Source: an uncultured Erythrobacter sp.
GTDB lineage: Bacteria > Pseudomonadota > Alphaproteobacteria > Sphingomonadales > Sphingomonadaceae
DNA: 64,000 bases
NCBI GenBank assembly: GCA_947500645.1
Contig: CANMSD010000004.1
Span: 151,093 to 215,092, forward strand
Reading direction: 5' to 3'
In this document: piece by piece, positions 1-9,744 of the stretch
Layout: every line of letters begins with the position of its first letter
Numbering within the stretch: position 1 is the stretch's first letter
Position numbers and translations under genes: made by a program
Notes under the pieces: generated by a model
Databases searched by the model: none
Told to the model about the DNA's origin: nothing
What the model saw: only the letters and a program-made list of their open reading frames with translations

Positions 1-1
1 C

Positions 2-799
2 CGCGTAGGTTTAGTCGCGTTTGGCCATCGTGGGAACAATCAAGAAAGCGGAAAGGCACGGAGCTGCAAAGCGGTTGAGACGGTCTATCCTATCGGCAAG
101 GCCTCTCCCGCATCCGTCGTGGCATCGCTGGATAGCTTCGACGCAGTCGGGTGGACTCCGTTGGCGACAGCGATCACAACCGCTGGGTCCTCCTTCTCGG
201 CAAGCGATCGACCTGGTGCTCAGGTCGTTTATGTTGTGTCAGATGGCGAGGAGACCTGCGGCGGCGACCCGGTGGCCGCAGCACGGCGCTTGCACAAAGG
301 CGGCACAAGAGCGATTATCAATATCATTGGCTTCGATCTCTCGGCTACCGACCGGGAGAAGCTGCAGGCCGTCGCGCGGGCGGGTGGGGGTGAGTTCCTG
401 GAAGCAGAGCGGGCCGAACAGCTACGAAGTCTGCTGCAAGACGAAAGTCAGCGCTTTAATGATCGCATGCAGACAGAGATGTTCACCGAGAACGAAAAGC
501 GCATGACCCGAAATTTCACCCTAACTGAACAGATGACGGACGCGTTGTCGTTGTGCGTGGAACAGGGTACCGACGCCGAATACCTTTCATGGCAGCAACA
601 ACAGAACGCTCTTTTCCCGGGCGGTGGATCCATGATGCGGCAGTTCGAGAGCTTAATCGAAGCGCGTCACGCCAGATACGAGGCTATGCGCGATCGCTAC
701 ATCGCGGCGTCCGAACAGGCAATGGAGCGGGCGAACAGCCGTATTGATGCTGAGCGAGATGGGATGCAGGACGAATACGAGGCACTGGAACAACGCTAA
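2..799 (+). CDS. VWA (von Willebrand factor A) domain protein, 5'-partial, with helical C-terminal extension
   Basis: Frame is open from base 2 (RVGLVAFGHRGNNQESGKARSC...). It contains GWTPLA, VVSDGEETCGGDP and IIGFDL, typical of bacterial YwmC-like VWA domains. Confidence 0.8.
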   Translation, partial: RVGLVAFGHRGNNQESGKARSCKAVETVYPIGKASPASVVASLDSFDAVGWTPLATAITTAGSSFSASDRPGAQVVYVVSDGEETCGGDPVAAARRLHKGGTRAIINIIGFDLSATDREKLQAVARAGGGEFLEAERAEQLRSLLQDESQRFNDRMQTEMFTENEKRMTRNFTLTEQMTDALSLCVEQGTDAEYLSWQQQQNALFPGGGSMMRQFESLIEARHARYEAMRDRYIAASEQAMERANSRIDAERDGMQDEYEALEQR

Positions 800-867
800 C
801 CGGTACCTTTGAGATGAGACGACTGCGCACAAGCTTGACCTGCTCGTTGGCGGCTTTGCAAGCAAAT

Positions 868-956
868 GGCTTAAAGCAGACAGTCCGCTTCCCACCCCAT
901 CACAGACAAGAGTGGGCGGCGCGATTTGGGCCGTAAGCAGACTGTCCGGTTTTGGG
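868..956. repeat. Two copies of a short GTCCGC/GCAGAC-type intergenic repeat
   Basis: ggcttaaagcagacagtccgcttcccaccccat (868-900) and aagcagactgtccgg (935-949). The reverse complement of the first matches 32475-32500 at 22/26 positions. Confidence 0.6.
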
Positions 957-1172
957 CAGGCGCACCGCGAAAACGGACGCGGCGCGCCCCGCATTTGGAC
1001 CTCTGCGACGCATTCGAACATTGGGCATTCGACATTCTTCGGGTCCTACTAATCCGATCATAGATCATCGCTACTAGCTGGATGATCTCGAGCTACAGAT
1101 TTAAGTGTTTGAAAAATAACGGTAAATTGACCTCAATCTGCAGATCATCAGCGCGAGTAGCACCGCGCGTCC

Positions 1173-4133
1173 CTACCCGCCGCTTTGGTCTACCAGCTTC
1201 GACACTGTCACTGCCTCGTCATCGGGCTTGAACGACTCCGGCAGGATGTAGGCCGAAACGGCGCTATGCGGACTGCCGAACACCTCGCGAGCAAGCGTGC
1301 CGATTTCCTCCGCCGTCGCGCTTTCGTAAGTCGGCCTCTGCGCGCGGAACCGCGCAAGACCATCGGCACCCGTCTGGGCGTCACCAAGCGCGCGTACCCA
1401 GTAACTATTGGTTTCCAGCGTGCTGTCGATGTCCTCGACAAGCGGAGTCAGGGCGCGTTCAAACGCGTCGTCGTTCACTCCTTCGCTTGCCATCTCGGTT
1501 GCTACCCGAAGGATCCCCGCTCGAACGCGCTCCACATCTGCCGGATCCGCAGTAACGCGGGCCACGACATAGCCGTAATCGTCGAATAGACGGTTTGAAA
1601 AGGCGCCTGCACTGGGCGAATATGTGGATCCCATTTCCTCCCGCAGAATCTCCGTCAGGCGATTGCGGAAGATGCTGCGCAGCAACCGCATCAGGTAAGT
1701 ATCTGCGGGGTCACTCGCATCGGGTGCAGGCCAATAGACATAGACCAAGGCCTGCTCCTCGGCTCCTCGATGATAGAAGCGGCTTGGTTCATCGTTTCCG
1801 TCGGGAAAGCGCAACCGCGCGTTCTCGCCGAAGTCGGATTTCAAATCAGCTCTTTCAGGCAGCGCGCCTAGGGTTCTTGCTACCTGCTCGACGAGGACAT
1901 TCTTGTCGACATCGCCGACGACCGTGATTTCGATCAGCCCGTCGCTCAGTTGCGGCTCGATCCATGCGCGGACCTCATCGAGCGTGGGCGACAGAAAGCT
2001 GTCCAGCCCGTCATATCCGTAGCGGCGATCCCCGGATCGGATCAGACGCGGAAGATACTTGTCGGCTACGCTGCGCGGGTTCGAATCGTGCGTCGGATAC
2101 CACGCACTCATCCCTCGATGATATTGGTCGACGATTTCTTCGCTGAAAGCAGGAGCCACAACGCGCGCCGTCATCAGTTCGAGCTGTGCGGCCAGGTCGG
2201 GGAGGCCGGTCGTCCCCAAGATTTCGAAAGCGTCATTGTCAATCAGAGTGCGGGTCATGCTGGAGACACGGCGACCGGCAAAGATCGTCCGCAAATCGCT
2301 TTCTCTGTGCCCCACGACCCCGCTCCTGTTGAGGACATTGAGCCCTAGTCGTCGCAGGCCTTCATCCTTCCGAGGCAACGACATGAACCCGTCGCCAACA
2401 CGCAGGCGCAGGTTGATGTTGTCGGCCTCGTAATCGGTCTTCTTGAAATTCAAGCGGACATTGTTGTCGAACTTGATGAGATAAGCGTCCGCATCATCTA
2501 GATAGACTTCCGAGACGACTGATCCGGGCTCACCGAAATCGGTATAGGCGAATTCGACTTGCTCACGTTTCTCCAGCGGCGCGACAGCGATCTGTTTCGA
2601 GGCAGCAATGGTCGAGGCTATGCGCTCTTCCGCGTCCGCGAGTGGTTCACTCGAAACGAAATAGGCTGATGGATTTTCGTATCCCGCCCACGCTTCGCGA
2701 AAAGCTTTGTTAACCTGCTCCAGCGTCAACTCCGCCTCGATCACCTTGAAACGTTCCAGCCCCGATCGCGGCGTGGTAAAAACGCGATCGTCCGCGAAAG
2801 CGCCGACGATCGCATCAACATGGCTATAGCCGAAACCCGTAGCAAACGTGGCACGTGTATCGGCCCGCTCTACCGCCGTTTCCAGCCTCCGGCGGGTCGT
2901 TGCCAGTTGCTCGTCCAGTTCCTGCTGGCTAAAGCCGTATTCGATAGCGCGGCGCAAATCCTGTTCGCCTTCGACAAGCGCTGCCTGCCAATCCTCTGGC
3001 GACGTACGCATCCGCAAGGTCATGCCATCGGCAACGTCGTTTTGTTGAAACCGGCCACCCATCGCGGCAAGATAGACTGCACTGCCATTCTCGACCTTGC
3101 GCGACATCCGTTGGTTGAGCATGCGCATGCCAAGGGAGCGGACGAAATTGTCGCGCCGCTTCTGCGCGCTGTCGATCCGCTCTTCATAAGGGCGCATGGT
3201 TGCCAGGGTGACGAAAGTCATCTGGCCTTCGGCTATCGTCACACCGACCGAACCGGGTGGTATCGTCGCTTGGTTCGGGCGTCGCTGCGGCAGGGCAGGC
3301 CCTACAGGTTTCCAGTCGCCGAAGTACTCCGCGATACGCGCGACCGCTTCGCCTGGTTCGAGGTCGCCAACGAAGACGATGAAGGTGTTCTCAGGGCGAT
3401 AATATCCACGATAATACTCGACGAATTCCTCGCGCGGCATGGTCGCAATCGTTTCGTCCACACCGATCGGCAGCCTGTCTGTCAGGCCGCTGCCTTGGGT
3501 GAAAAAGCCGAGCCGCTCGACGAATATGCGAAATTCAATCGAATCCCGAGCCGCCTTTTCCGACGCGATAACCCCGCGTTCGCGCTCGATTGCATCTTCG
3601 TCGAGAAGCAGCTTGTCGGCGGTTTCGCGCATCAGGAAGAAGGCTTCATCCAGCACTTCGTCTTCAACCGTAGGCAGGTTGAGCTTGTAGGTGGTTTGAT
3701 CAAAGCCCGTGCTGGCATTGGTATCCGCCCCGAAGGAAAGGCCGTAGCGTTCGAGACGCTTGATCATCTCGCCTTCCGGCACGTTTTCGGAGCCGTTGAA
3801 GGCCATGTGTTCGAGAAAGTGCGCCAGGCCGCGTTGCTCTTCGGTTTCGTTGAGCGAACCGGTCGCAATGCGCATGCGCAGCGCTGCGACACCGCTTGGT
3901 GTCTCGTTCTTCATCACGGCATATCGCAGACCGTTTTCCAGGACCCCGTAAACTATTCGGGGGTCGGCCACGAGATCGGTTGCTTCATGAATGAAGTCGA
4001 CTGATGCCTCGGACTGCTCGGCGCTTGCTGCGGGCGGCGCTTCATCCCGCTCTCCCTGCCCTGCGGCGAGGCCCGCCCCGGTCGGAATCACAAGGGCAGT
4101 GGCAAGCAGAAAGCGCGTCAGTTTCTTCGGCAT
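1173..4133 (-). CDS. M16 family zinc metallopeptidase (insulinase/PqqL-like), exported
   Basis: HFLEHMAFNGS inverted zinc motif (HXXEH), NASTGFDQTTY, N-terminal signal peptide, about 986 aa. Confidence 0.92.
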   Translation of the reverse strand: MPKKLTRFLLATALVIPTGAGLAAGQGERDEAPPAASAEQSEASVDFIHEATDLVADPRIVYGVLENGLRYAVMKNETPSGVAALRMRIATGSLNETEEQRGLAHFLEHMAFNGSENVPEGEMIKRLERYGLSFGADTNASTGFDQTTYKLNLPTVEDEVLDEAFFLMRETADKLLLDEDAIERERGVIASEKAARDSIEFRIFVERLGFFTQGSGLTDRLPIGVDETIATMPREEFVEYYRGYYRPENTFIVFVGDLEPGEAVARIAEYFGDWKPVGPALPQRRPNQATIPPGSVGVTIAEGQMTFVTLATMRPYEERIDSAQKRRDNFVRSLGMRMLNQRMSRKVENGSAVYLAAMGGRFQQNDVADGMTLRMRTSPEDWQAALVEGEQDLRRAIEYGFSQQELDEQLATTRRRLETAVERADTRATFATGFGYSHVDAIVGAFADDRVFTTPRSGLERFKVIEAELTLEQVNKAFREAWAGYENPSAYFVSSEPLADAEERIASTIAASKQIAVAPLEKREQVEFAYTDFGEPGSVVSEVYLDDADAYLIKFDNNVRLNFKKTDYEADNINLRLRVGDGFMSLPRKDEGLRRLGLNVLNRSGVVGHRESDLRTIFAGRRVSSMTRTLIDNDAFEILGTTGLPDLAAQLELMTARVVAPAFSEEIVDQYHRGMSAWYPTHDSNPRSVADKYLPRLIRSGDRRYGYDGLDSFLSPTLDEVRAWIEPQLSDGLIEITVVGDVDKNVLVEQVARTLGALPERADLKSDFGENARLRFPDGNDEPSRFYHRGAEEQALVYVYWPAPDASDPADTYLMRLLRSIFRNRLTEILREEMGSTYSPSAGAFSNRLFDDYGYVVARVTADPADVERVRAGILRVATEMASEGVNDDAFERALTPLVEDIDSTLETNSYWVRALGDAQTGADGLARFRAQRPTYESATAEEIGTLAREVFGSPHSAVSAYILPESFKPDDEAVTVSKLVDQSGG

Positions 4134-4243
4134 CAAAAGCTCCGGCGAGTGTGCATAAATCGGGCGAGGGATTGGCGCCCCCTCTCGCTAGGTATGATGC
4201 GGTTGGCCCGCTTTACCTCATCGAAGTCTGATGGGATTGGTGC

Positions 4244-4283
4244 AAAAAACGCCGCGGTTCTTTGGGGGCAGGACCGCGGCGTT
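4244..4283 (-). terminator. Intrinsic terminator after the TonB-dependent receptor
   Basis: 11-bp stem aacgccgcggt/accgcggcgtt followed by a T-run on the minus strand. Confidence 0.65.
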
Positions 4284-4308
4284 GTTCGTATGCCCGGGTA
4301 GTCTCGAG

Positions 4309-7300
4309 CTAGAAAACGGCCCGGATTCCGGCGGTTATCGTGCGACCACCATTGAACTGGTAGCTCTGAGGGAAGTTGAATGAAGCGGTGCCATCACCGA
4401 ATTGAGACGAGGTTGTCGAACGAATTTCCGCCTCGCGCCCGTCCTGCAACAGATTGTCGCCTTCCACGTAGATGGTGAACGCGCCGGGGCCGCGATCGAA
4501 GGTATAAGAAAGCCTCGCGTCCAACGTGTCGTACGAAGGTGTCACAGTGTTGATGTTGAACTCGTCGAACGCTTCGGCAGTGGCCGACTGGTAAGTGTAA
4601 ATTACCAGGGCGTCGAAACCATCGCGGTTATATGTCAGCCCGAGATTGTAGACCCATTCGGGTTGGTCGCGCAGCGGCCGGTCGAGTTCCAGCTGAATAA
4701 GGTTGCCATCATCATCGCGCGCCGAAACCAGCGTTGGGAAATCGGCAGTGGTGTAGGTCGCGTTGCCGATCACACCGAAATCGCTGAGGAAACCCGGCAG
4801 GAAATTGAGCTCACGGATGATCTCGACTTCGAAGCCATAGATTTCTCCGCCATCACCGTTCTGCGGTTGGTTGAATATGAACTCGGTGTCGTCGGGGAAC
4901 ACGAACAGGTCAGGCCGATCAGTTGCAAGGGGGCTGAAGAAATCTTCATAGAACGCCTGCACGTCGGAGTTATCATTCCCTTCAAATTGAACGTTCGTGA
5001 AGTTGTCTTTCACGTTCTTGTAGAAGAAACCCGCTCTGATAAGGCCTACCGTATCCTCGAAGTAGTAGGCTGCGTCGATATCGATGTTGTCTGTAATCGT
5101 CGGCTTCAGGTCCGGATTGGGCAGGAACAGTGTCACCCTACCGAAACCGGGCCGCAAATCAGCGATCAATTGCTGGGTCCGGTTGAGCAAGCGCAAATCC
5201 GGATTAACCGTCGAGCGGAAATATCCCAGCCGCGCGACGATATTGCTCGTAGGACGGTAGTTGAGCAGGAAGCTCGGCGTCCAGCTGTCAACTGTACCAG
5301 AGACTTCCTGAAAGGAAATCAGGCCAGCATCGATGAAGGTTTCCCGCGGCTCAAGCCCAGCTGTGCCCGTACCCGTCCGTATCGACGGCACATTTACAGT
5401 CGTGTTGCTTCTGTTCTCCCGCTCATAGCGCACACCGGCGATCAAATCGAACTTGCCGAAGTTGAATTGCGTCTCGAGGTATCCCGCCAACTTGTCTTCC
5501 GTGGTCGTCGTTGGATCGAGCGCAGCGGAATCGAGGATCGGATCAAGGTCGCGGCGATCGGTCACGAAGAAGCGCGCTTCTCCCGCCGCCCGAATGGCAT
5601 CGAAGGCTGCAGGCAGGATGGACGGATCTACGCTGGCTACCGTGAAATCCGGCAGCCCGATTACACCAAGATCACTCGTACCGAGCAACGAAGGATCGAT
5701 ATCGGCGATCGAGATTTCCTGACCGAAACGCCGCACATAGCTCTCGATAGTTGCATTGCGCGGGTTAGTTGCATCGTCGATCGTATTGCGTTCGGTTGGA
5801 CGATAGAGCCCGCCAACTTCGATATATTCGATAAAATCGGTTGCCGGACTATATCGAGCTTGAAGCTCGAAATTGAAGCTCTCGGTCGTGTTGTCGATAA
5901 GGTTCCGACTGGCGATCAGGATGTTGAACTGAGCCGGATCGATGATCGCGGCCTCACCACTCGGCGAGAGTGACGGGATCGGGATACCATTGGGCCCGAT
6001 CACGTATATTCCGTCGATGACGCGATCCGTGCCATTCGTGTCCGGAGCTGTCACGATCGTGTCCGGCGAAATCAGGTTGAAAATGTCGGTGTTTAGATCG
6101 CCCTGCAAATTGAGAAGCGCGTTGTCTCCCTCCTCCTTTGCGAAGGTGTAGCCAGCGCGATATTCGAAGTCCCAACGCCCAATGTTCGTATCGCCGCGGA
6201 AACTAATCGTATCGGTGGTCAGACGATTGTCGAGCGTATTGATCTGATAGTTCGCGCGGAAATTCGACAAGGTTTCGCGCCGCCTGACCTCTCCGCCCAG
6301 CTCATCGATAGGCATGTTCACTGGAGGGGTGGTGGCGATGAAGCTGTTGTTGCGCGTAACGCCTGAGACATTTCGCACGTTGCGCTGATAGTCCAAGCGC
6401 AGGCGGGTGTGATCGGCAATGTCCCAAGCAAGACCGATCGCTCCGGAATAGGTTTCCTCCTGCCGATCGCGCTGAACGTAGTTGGTACCAAAAATAAGTT
6501 GCTGCGGCAGTGCAGGATCGAACGGAAATTCAAAGCTCGCCGGCACATTGAAGATAGAGGTAGTGCCATCAGGAAAAATCGGCGGGATAAGGTCGGAGAC
6601 AGCACTGTCGAAATTGGTCCGGTCGGTGTTCCGGTACTGGAAAGTAGCAACGATTCCAAAATTGTCTGCCAGCTTTTTCGCCAGTGTCCCATTGAGCTGG
6701 TATTCCTCGCCAAAGTCGCGCGTTGGGCTGAATTCACCCTCTGCGTTGAGATTGAGCGAGAAATCACCGTAATCCAAACCAGACTTCGTCTCGATTTCGA
6801 CCAAGCCACCAGACCCGTTCGCCTCATGGCTGGGCAGCAGCGATTTGTGTATGGTCACTTCAGAAAGATTCTCGGTCAGGAAACCGCTAAGATCGATCGT
6901 TCGCGAAAAACTCGTCCCTTGCTGCTCGACTCCATTGAGCTGGACCTTGATCGCCTCGGAGCTGAAACCGCGCACGGTGATACGCGAGCCCTCTCCCGTC
7001 TCGTCATCGCGTCCAAAGCCGATGCCGGGCACTCTACGGAGCGCTTCGGCGATCGTTTCCGCCGGAAAACCGCCCAGTTGGTCGGCCGACACTACTGTCG
7101 AATTGTTCGGCGCACGCAGCTGTTGGTTGAGCGACCTCTGAATGCTGCTCAGGTACCCGCGAACGAGAATGCCTTCGGTTTCTTCTTCGCCGAACAGGAC
7201 CGTCAGCCGCGATCGCTCGAAGGCGTTGCGGGGAATCGGAACAAGCTGAGGCGGCTCACCTAGATACGAGATGCGCAGGTCGAGCGCGTCTAGCGGCACT

Positions 7301-7791
7301 TGGGGGAAATAGTACGATCCGCGCGCGTCAGTCGTCGTTTCCAGATCGGTTCCGACAACCACTACCTTGGCGCCGGGAAGTGGCGCTCCAGATTCCAAAT
7401 TGCGCACGACACCGCCGACCGGGGTCGTGTTGCCGTCAGGCGTGACCGTAGTGCCCTCCGTACGCAGCGAATAGACATTGTCGGAAACCTCGGTCGCTGC
7501 AAGACCGGTCCCGGTAAGCAGCAATTGCAGTGCTTCCAATGTCGTGAAGCGACCGTTGACCGAGGCTGAGCGTTTTCCGTTCGAGAGACTCGATGGGTAG
7601 AGGAGATCGGACCCGGACGTTTCGGCAAAGACGGTAAGTGCCGCTTCAAGGGGCTGTGCCGGAATATTGTAGGTGCGTTCCTCGGAAGCGGTCGTTTGGC
7701 CGCTCGCTTCCTGCGCCAGCGCGGTCGTGGATAGCGCGCCCAAGCTGCATCCCGAAACGAGCGCAGCGATAACCAATCTTGTCCGGACCAT
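4309..7791 (-). CDS. TonB-dependent receptor/transducer with N-terminal signalling (STN) and carboxypeptidase-regulatory-like domains
   Basis: Signal peptide; YNIPAQPLEAAL STN-type segment; plug motifs IAEALRRVPGI and ITVRG; beta-barrel pattern; C-terminal GRTITAGIRAVF ending in Phe. Confidence 0.95.
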   Translation of the reverse strand: MVRTRLVIAALVSGCSLGALSTTALAQEASGQTTASEERTYNIPAQPLEAALTVFAETSGSDLLYPSSLSNGKRSASVNGRFTTLEALQLLLTGTGLAATEVSDNVYSLRTEGTTVTPDGNTTPVGGVVRNLESGAPLPGAKVVVVGTDLETTTDARGSYYFPQVPLDALDLRISYLGEPPQLVPIPRNAFERSRLTVLFGEEETEGILVRGYLSSIQRSLNQQLRAPNNSTVVSADQLGGFPAETIAEALRRVPGIGFGRDDETGEGSRITVRGFSSEAIKVQLNGVEQQGTSFSRTIDLSGFLTENLSEVTIHKSLLPSHEANGSGGLVEIETKSGLDYGDFSLNLNAEGEFSPTRDFGEEYQLNGTLAKKLADNFGIVATFQYRNTDRTNFDSAVSDLIPPIFPDGTTSIFNVPASFEFPFDPALPQQLIFGTNYVQRDRQEETYSGAIGLAWDIADHTRLRLDYQRNVRNVSGVTRNNSFIATTPPVNMPIDELGGEVRRRETLSNFRANYQINTLDNRLTTDTISFRGDTNIGRWDFEYRAGYTFAKEEGDNALLNLQGDLNTDIFNLISPDTIVTAPDTNGTDRVIDGIYVIGPNGIPIPSLSPSGEAAIIDPAQFNILIASRNLIDNTTESFNFELQARYSPATDFIEYIEVGGLYRPTERNTIDDATNPRNATIESYVRRFGQEISIADIDPSLLGTSDLGVIGLPDFTVASVDPSILPAAFDAIRAAGEARFFVTDRRDLDPILDSAALDPTTTTEDKLAGYLETQFNFGKFDLIAGVRYERENRSNTTVNVPSIRTGTGTAGLEPRETFIDAGLISFQEVSGTVDSWTPSFLLNYRPTSNIVARLGYFRSTVNPDLRLLNRTQQLIADLRPGFGRVTLFLPNPDLKPTITDNIDIDAAYYFEDTVGLIRAGFFYKNVKDNFTNVQFEGNDNSDVQAFYEDFFSPLATDRPDLFVFPDDTEFIFNQPQNGDGGEIYGFEVEIIRELNFLPGFLSDFGVIGNATYTTADFPTLVSARDDDGNLIQLELDRPLRDQPEWVYNLGLTYNRDGFDALVIYTYQSATAEAFDEFNINTVTPSYDTLDARLSYTFDRGPGAFTIYVEGDNLLQDGREAEIRSTTSSQFGDGTASFNFPQSYQFNGGRTITAGIRAVF

Positions 7792-7870
7792 AGATCCCCC
7801 TGTTTCCTCAGCTCATCGAGGGCAAAACCCTGCGTCTTTTTTGCTACCCTCAAGCAGCAAGATGCGATGG

Positions 7871-7885
7871 TGAGGACTTTCCTCA
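7871..7885 (-). promoter_or_regulatory. Palindrome upstream of the receptor; candidate ECF promoter element or operator
   Basis: TGAGGA-CTT-TCCTCA lies about 80 bp upstream of the receptor start. Its function is inferred from position only. Confidence 0.25.
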
Positions 7886-7931
7886 TGTGGGCGGGAAACT
7901 TTTTGAGACTTCTTAGGCTTCCCAATGCAAT

Positions 7932-9107
7932 CTAATTGCCCTGAAGCGCAGCCCGATCGGTGGATTCTCTTGTTGGCAACACCTCGAACATCGCGCCGTC
8001 GGACGTGGGCCGTACAAGCACGGGGAACCCGGCCTCAAGGGTTGCGGCAAAGTGCTCGCTCGACTTGATGCGGAAAGTGCCGCTGACACGGAAGTCGCCT
8101 AAACCGGGATCACCGAGCACGTGCTGCTGGACCGAATACCGGTTGAATTCCTCCAGCACGTCGCGGAGCGGTGTCTGCTCGAAGATTAGCCGTCCTTCGC
8201 GCCAGCTCGCGGCCTGGGAAAGTTGCGTCTTGGTAATGGCGAAGGGCCGGTTGGCCTCGATCCTCACCTCGTCGCCAGGTACTAGGCGAGCGCTTTTCGC
8301 GCCGCCGGTGCCATTGCCTTTGTCCACCCGGACCGAACCTTCGAACAGCACGACGCGCGCGTCGCTCTCGGTCTTGCGGACCGAGAATATCGTACCCAAG
8401 GCGACGACACGGCTTTCACCCGCGGTCACCACGAACGGCCTATCCGCATCCTTGGCAACGGTGAATACCGCTTCCCCGCGCACCAGCCTGAGATCTCGCT
8501 GCCCAGTCGAATAGTCGACCTCGACCTGGGATGCGGTGTTGAGTTCGATAAAAGAGCCGTCGGGCAGCTCGAACCGGGCCATCTGGCCGATCCGGGTCGA
8601 ATATCCCGATTGAAACTCGAGCGACGCGCCGACCACCTCGGGTTCAGGGCTGGCCAGCTCCTCGATCGCCGTCTCTTGCGCGGCTGGCGAGGAAGCTTCA
8701 GCTATCCTTAAAGGTTCATCCACCTGGCTGCCAGGGCGTGGAAGTCCATTCAGCAACACCGCTCCGATGGCAACCATGAGCGCGAGGCAGGCAGCGATCG
8801 CGACCCTCTTGTAAGCCTGAACCGCGCCGCCACCATAATCTGGCCGCTCGGCAAGCGCCGCGACCCGCATTTCAAGGATTTCGGCAGTGTCCGCGTGCCG
8901 TCCGGCGATATCCCAAGCGCGGGAAACGCGGTCAAATGCTGCAGCATGCGCCTGATCGGAGTCTCGCCACGCCCGGTACCTTACATAGTCGTCATCGCTA
9001 ACGTCGTCAGCGGCGATACGGGCGAACCAATCGGCTGCCTCGCGAGCGGGCCGGTCCGGCGCTGCGCCGCCCTCCAACGTTGTCTCTGGATGCTCACGCC
9101 CCGCCAT
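7932..9107 (-). CDS. fecR: FecR family anti-sigma/sensor protein
   Basis: N-terminal EAADWFAR...FDRVSRAWD (DUF4880-like), one transmembrane helix, LPDGSFIELNTAS, LVRGEAVFTV, AASWREGRLIF. Confidence 0.92.
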   Translation of the reverse strand: MAGREHPETTLEGGAAPDRPAREAADWFARIAADDVSDDDYVRYRAWRDSDQAHAAAFDRVSRAWDIAGRHADTAEILEMRVAALAERPDYGGGAVQAYKRVAIAACLALMVAIGAVLLNGLPRPGSQVDEPLRIAEASSPAAQETAIEELASPEPEVVGASLEFQSGYSTRIGQMARFELPDGSFIELNTASQVEVDYSTGQRDLRLVRGEAVFTVAKDADRPFVVTAGESRVVALGTIFSVRKTESDARVVLFEGSVRVDKGNGTGGAKSARLVPGDEVRIEANRPFAITKTQLSQAASWREGRLIFEQTPLRDVLEEFNRYSVQQHVLGDPGLGDFRVSGTFRIKSSEHFAATLEAGFPVLVRPTSDGAMFEVLPTRESTDRAALQGN

Positions 9108-9628
9108 CAGTCTCGATCCATCCGGGCGGCGATATGCCGCGCTGCTGCTGCAATGTGTTTTTCCACCGAACTTACCGACACGCCAATGCGCTCTGCAATT
9201 TCGCGATACTTAAAGCCTTCGAACCGGTGCAAGAGAAACACGGTCCGAGTGCGTACTGGGAGTTCTTTCAGCGCTAGCTCGAGCAGGCGCAATTCTTCCT
9301 TGCCCTGTAAGATGCGCTCCGGATCGATTTCCTCACTCCCTTTTTGGAGAAAAGGGAGATCGGTCATCGCGGCAGAGCGAGTTCCCCGATTGCGATAGCG
9401 CTCCTTGAGCAGGTTTGCAGCCGCTTGGAATACATATCCGTCAGGGTTCTGGATCGTCTTTTCCCCGTTCGAGGAAAGAACACGACCGAACAGTTCTTGG
9501 ACGAGATCCTCTACATCTTCCTGCTTGTCGATGCGTTTCGAGAAAAAGGCGCGGAGCGGCCGCTCGTACCGCGCGACGAACGAGTCATAATCGGCGTGAG
9601 AGGAGGGGCGTCTGGTAGGGCTGCTCAC
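9107..9628 (-). CDS. fecI: ECF RNA polymerase sigma factor (FecI-like); start uncertain (GTG 9628 or upstream to 9691)
   Basis: DVEDLVQELF region 2; LPVRTRTVFLLHRFEGFKYREIAERIGVSVSSVEKHI region 4. Stop codon overlaps the fecR start. Confidence 0.9.
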   Translation of the reverse strand: MSSPTRRPSSHADYDSFVARYERPLRAFFSKRIDKQEDVEDLVQELFGRVLSSNGEKTIQNPDGYVFQAAANLLKERYRNRGTRSAAMTDLPFLQKGSEEIDPERILQGKEELRLLELALKELPVRTRTVFLLHRFEGFKYREIAERIGVSVSSVEKHIAAAARHIAARMDRD

Positions 9629-9744
9629 TTTTTGGGCCTTGTAGCGAATACCGAAGCATACGCGCGAGAAACTTTGGCGCAACTCAACCAATCAAGTATT
9701 GACCGAATGATCGACTAAAAGATTGAGAACCAAACATTCTGAAG

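Noticed and set aside
4402-5973. 523-aa ORF on the + strand (and similar long antisense ORFs, e.g. 2820-4004, 16290-17216, 29505-30998, 55550-56752)
   Set aside because: These lie opposite well-supported genes, have no recognisable motifs, and are the expected shadow ORFs of high-GC coding DNA.
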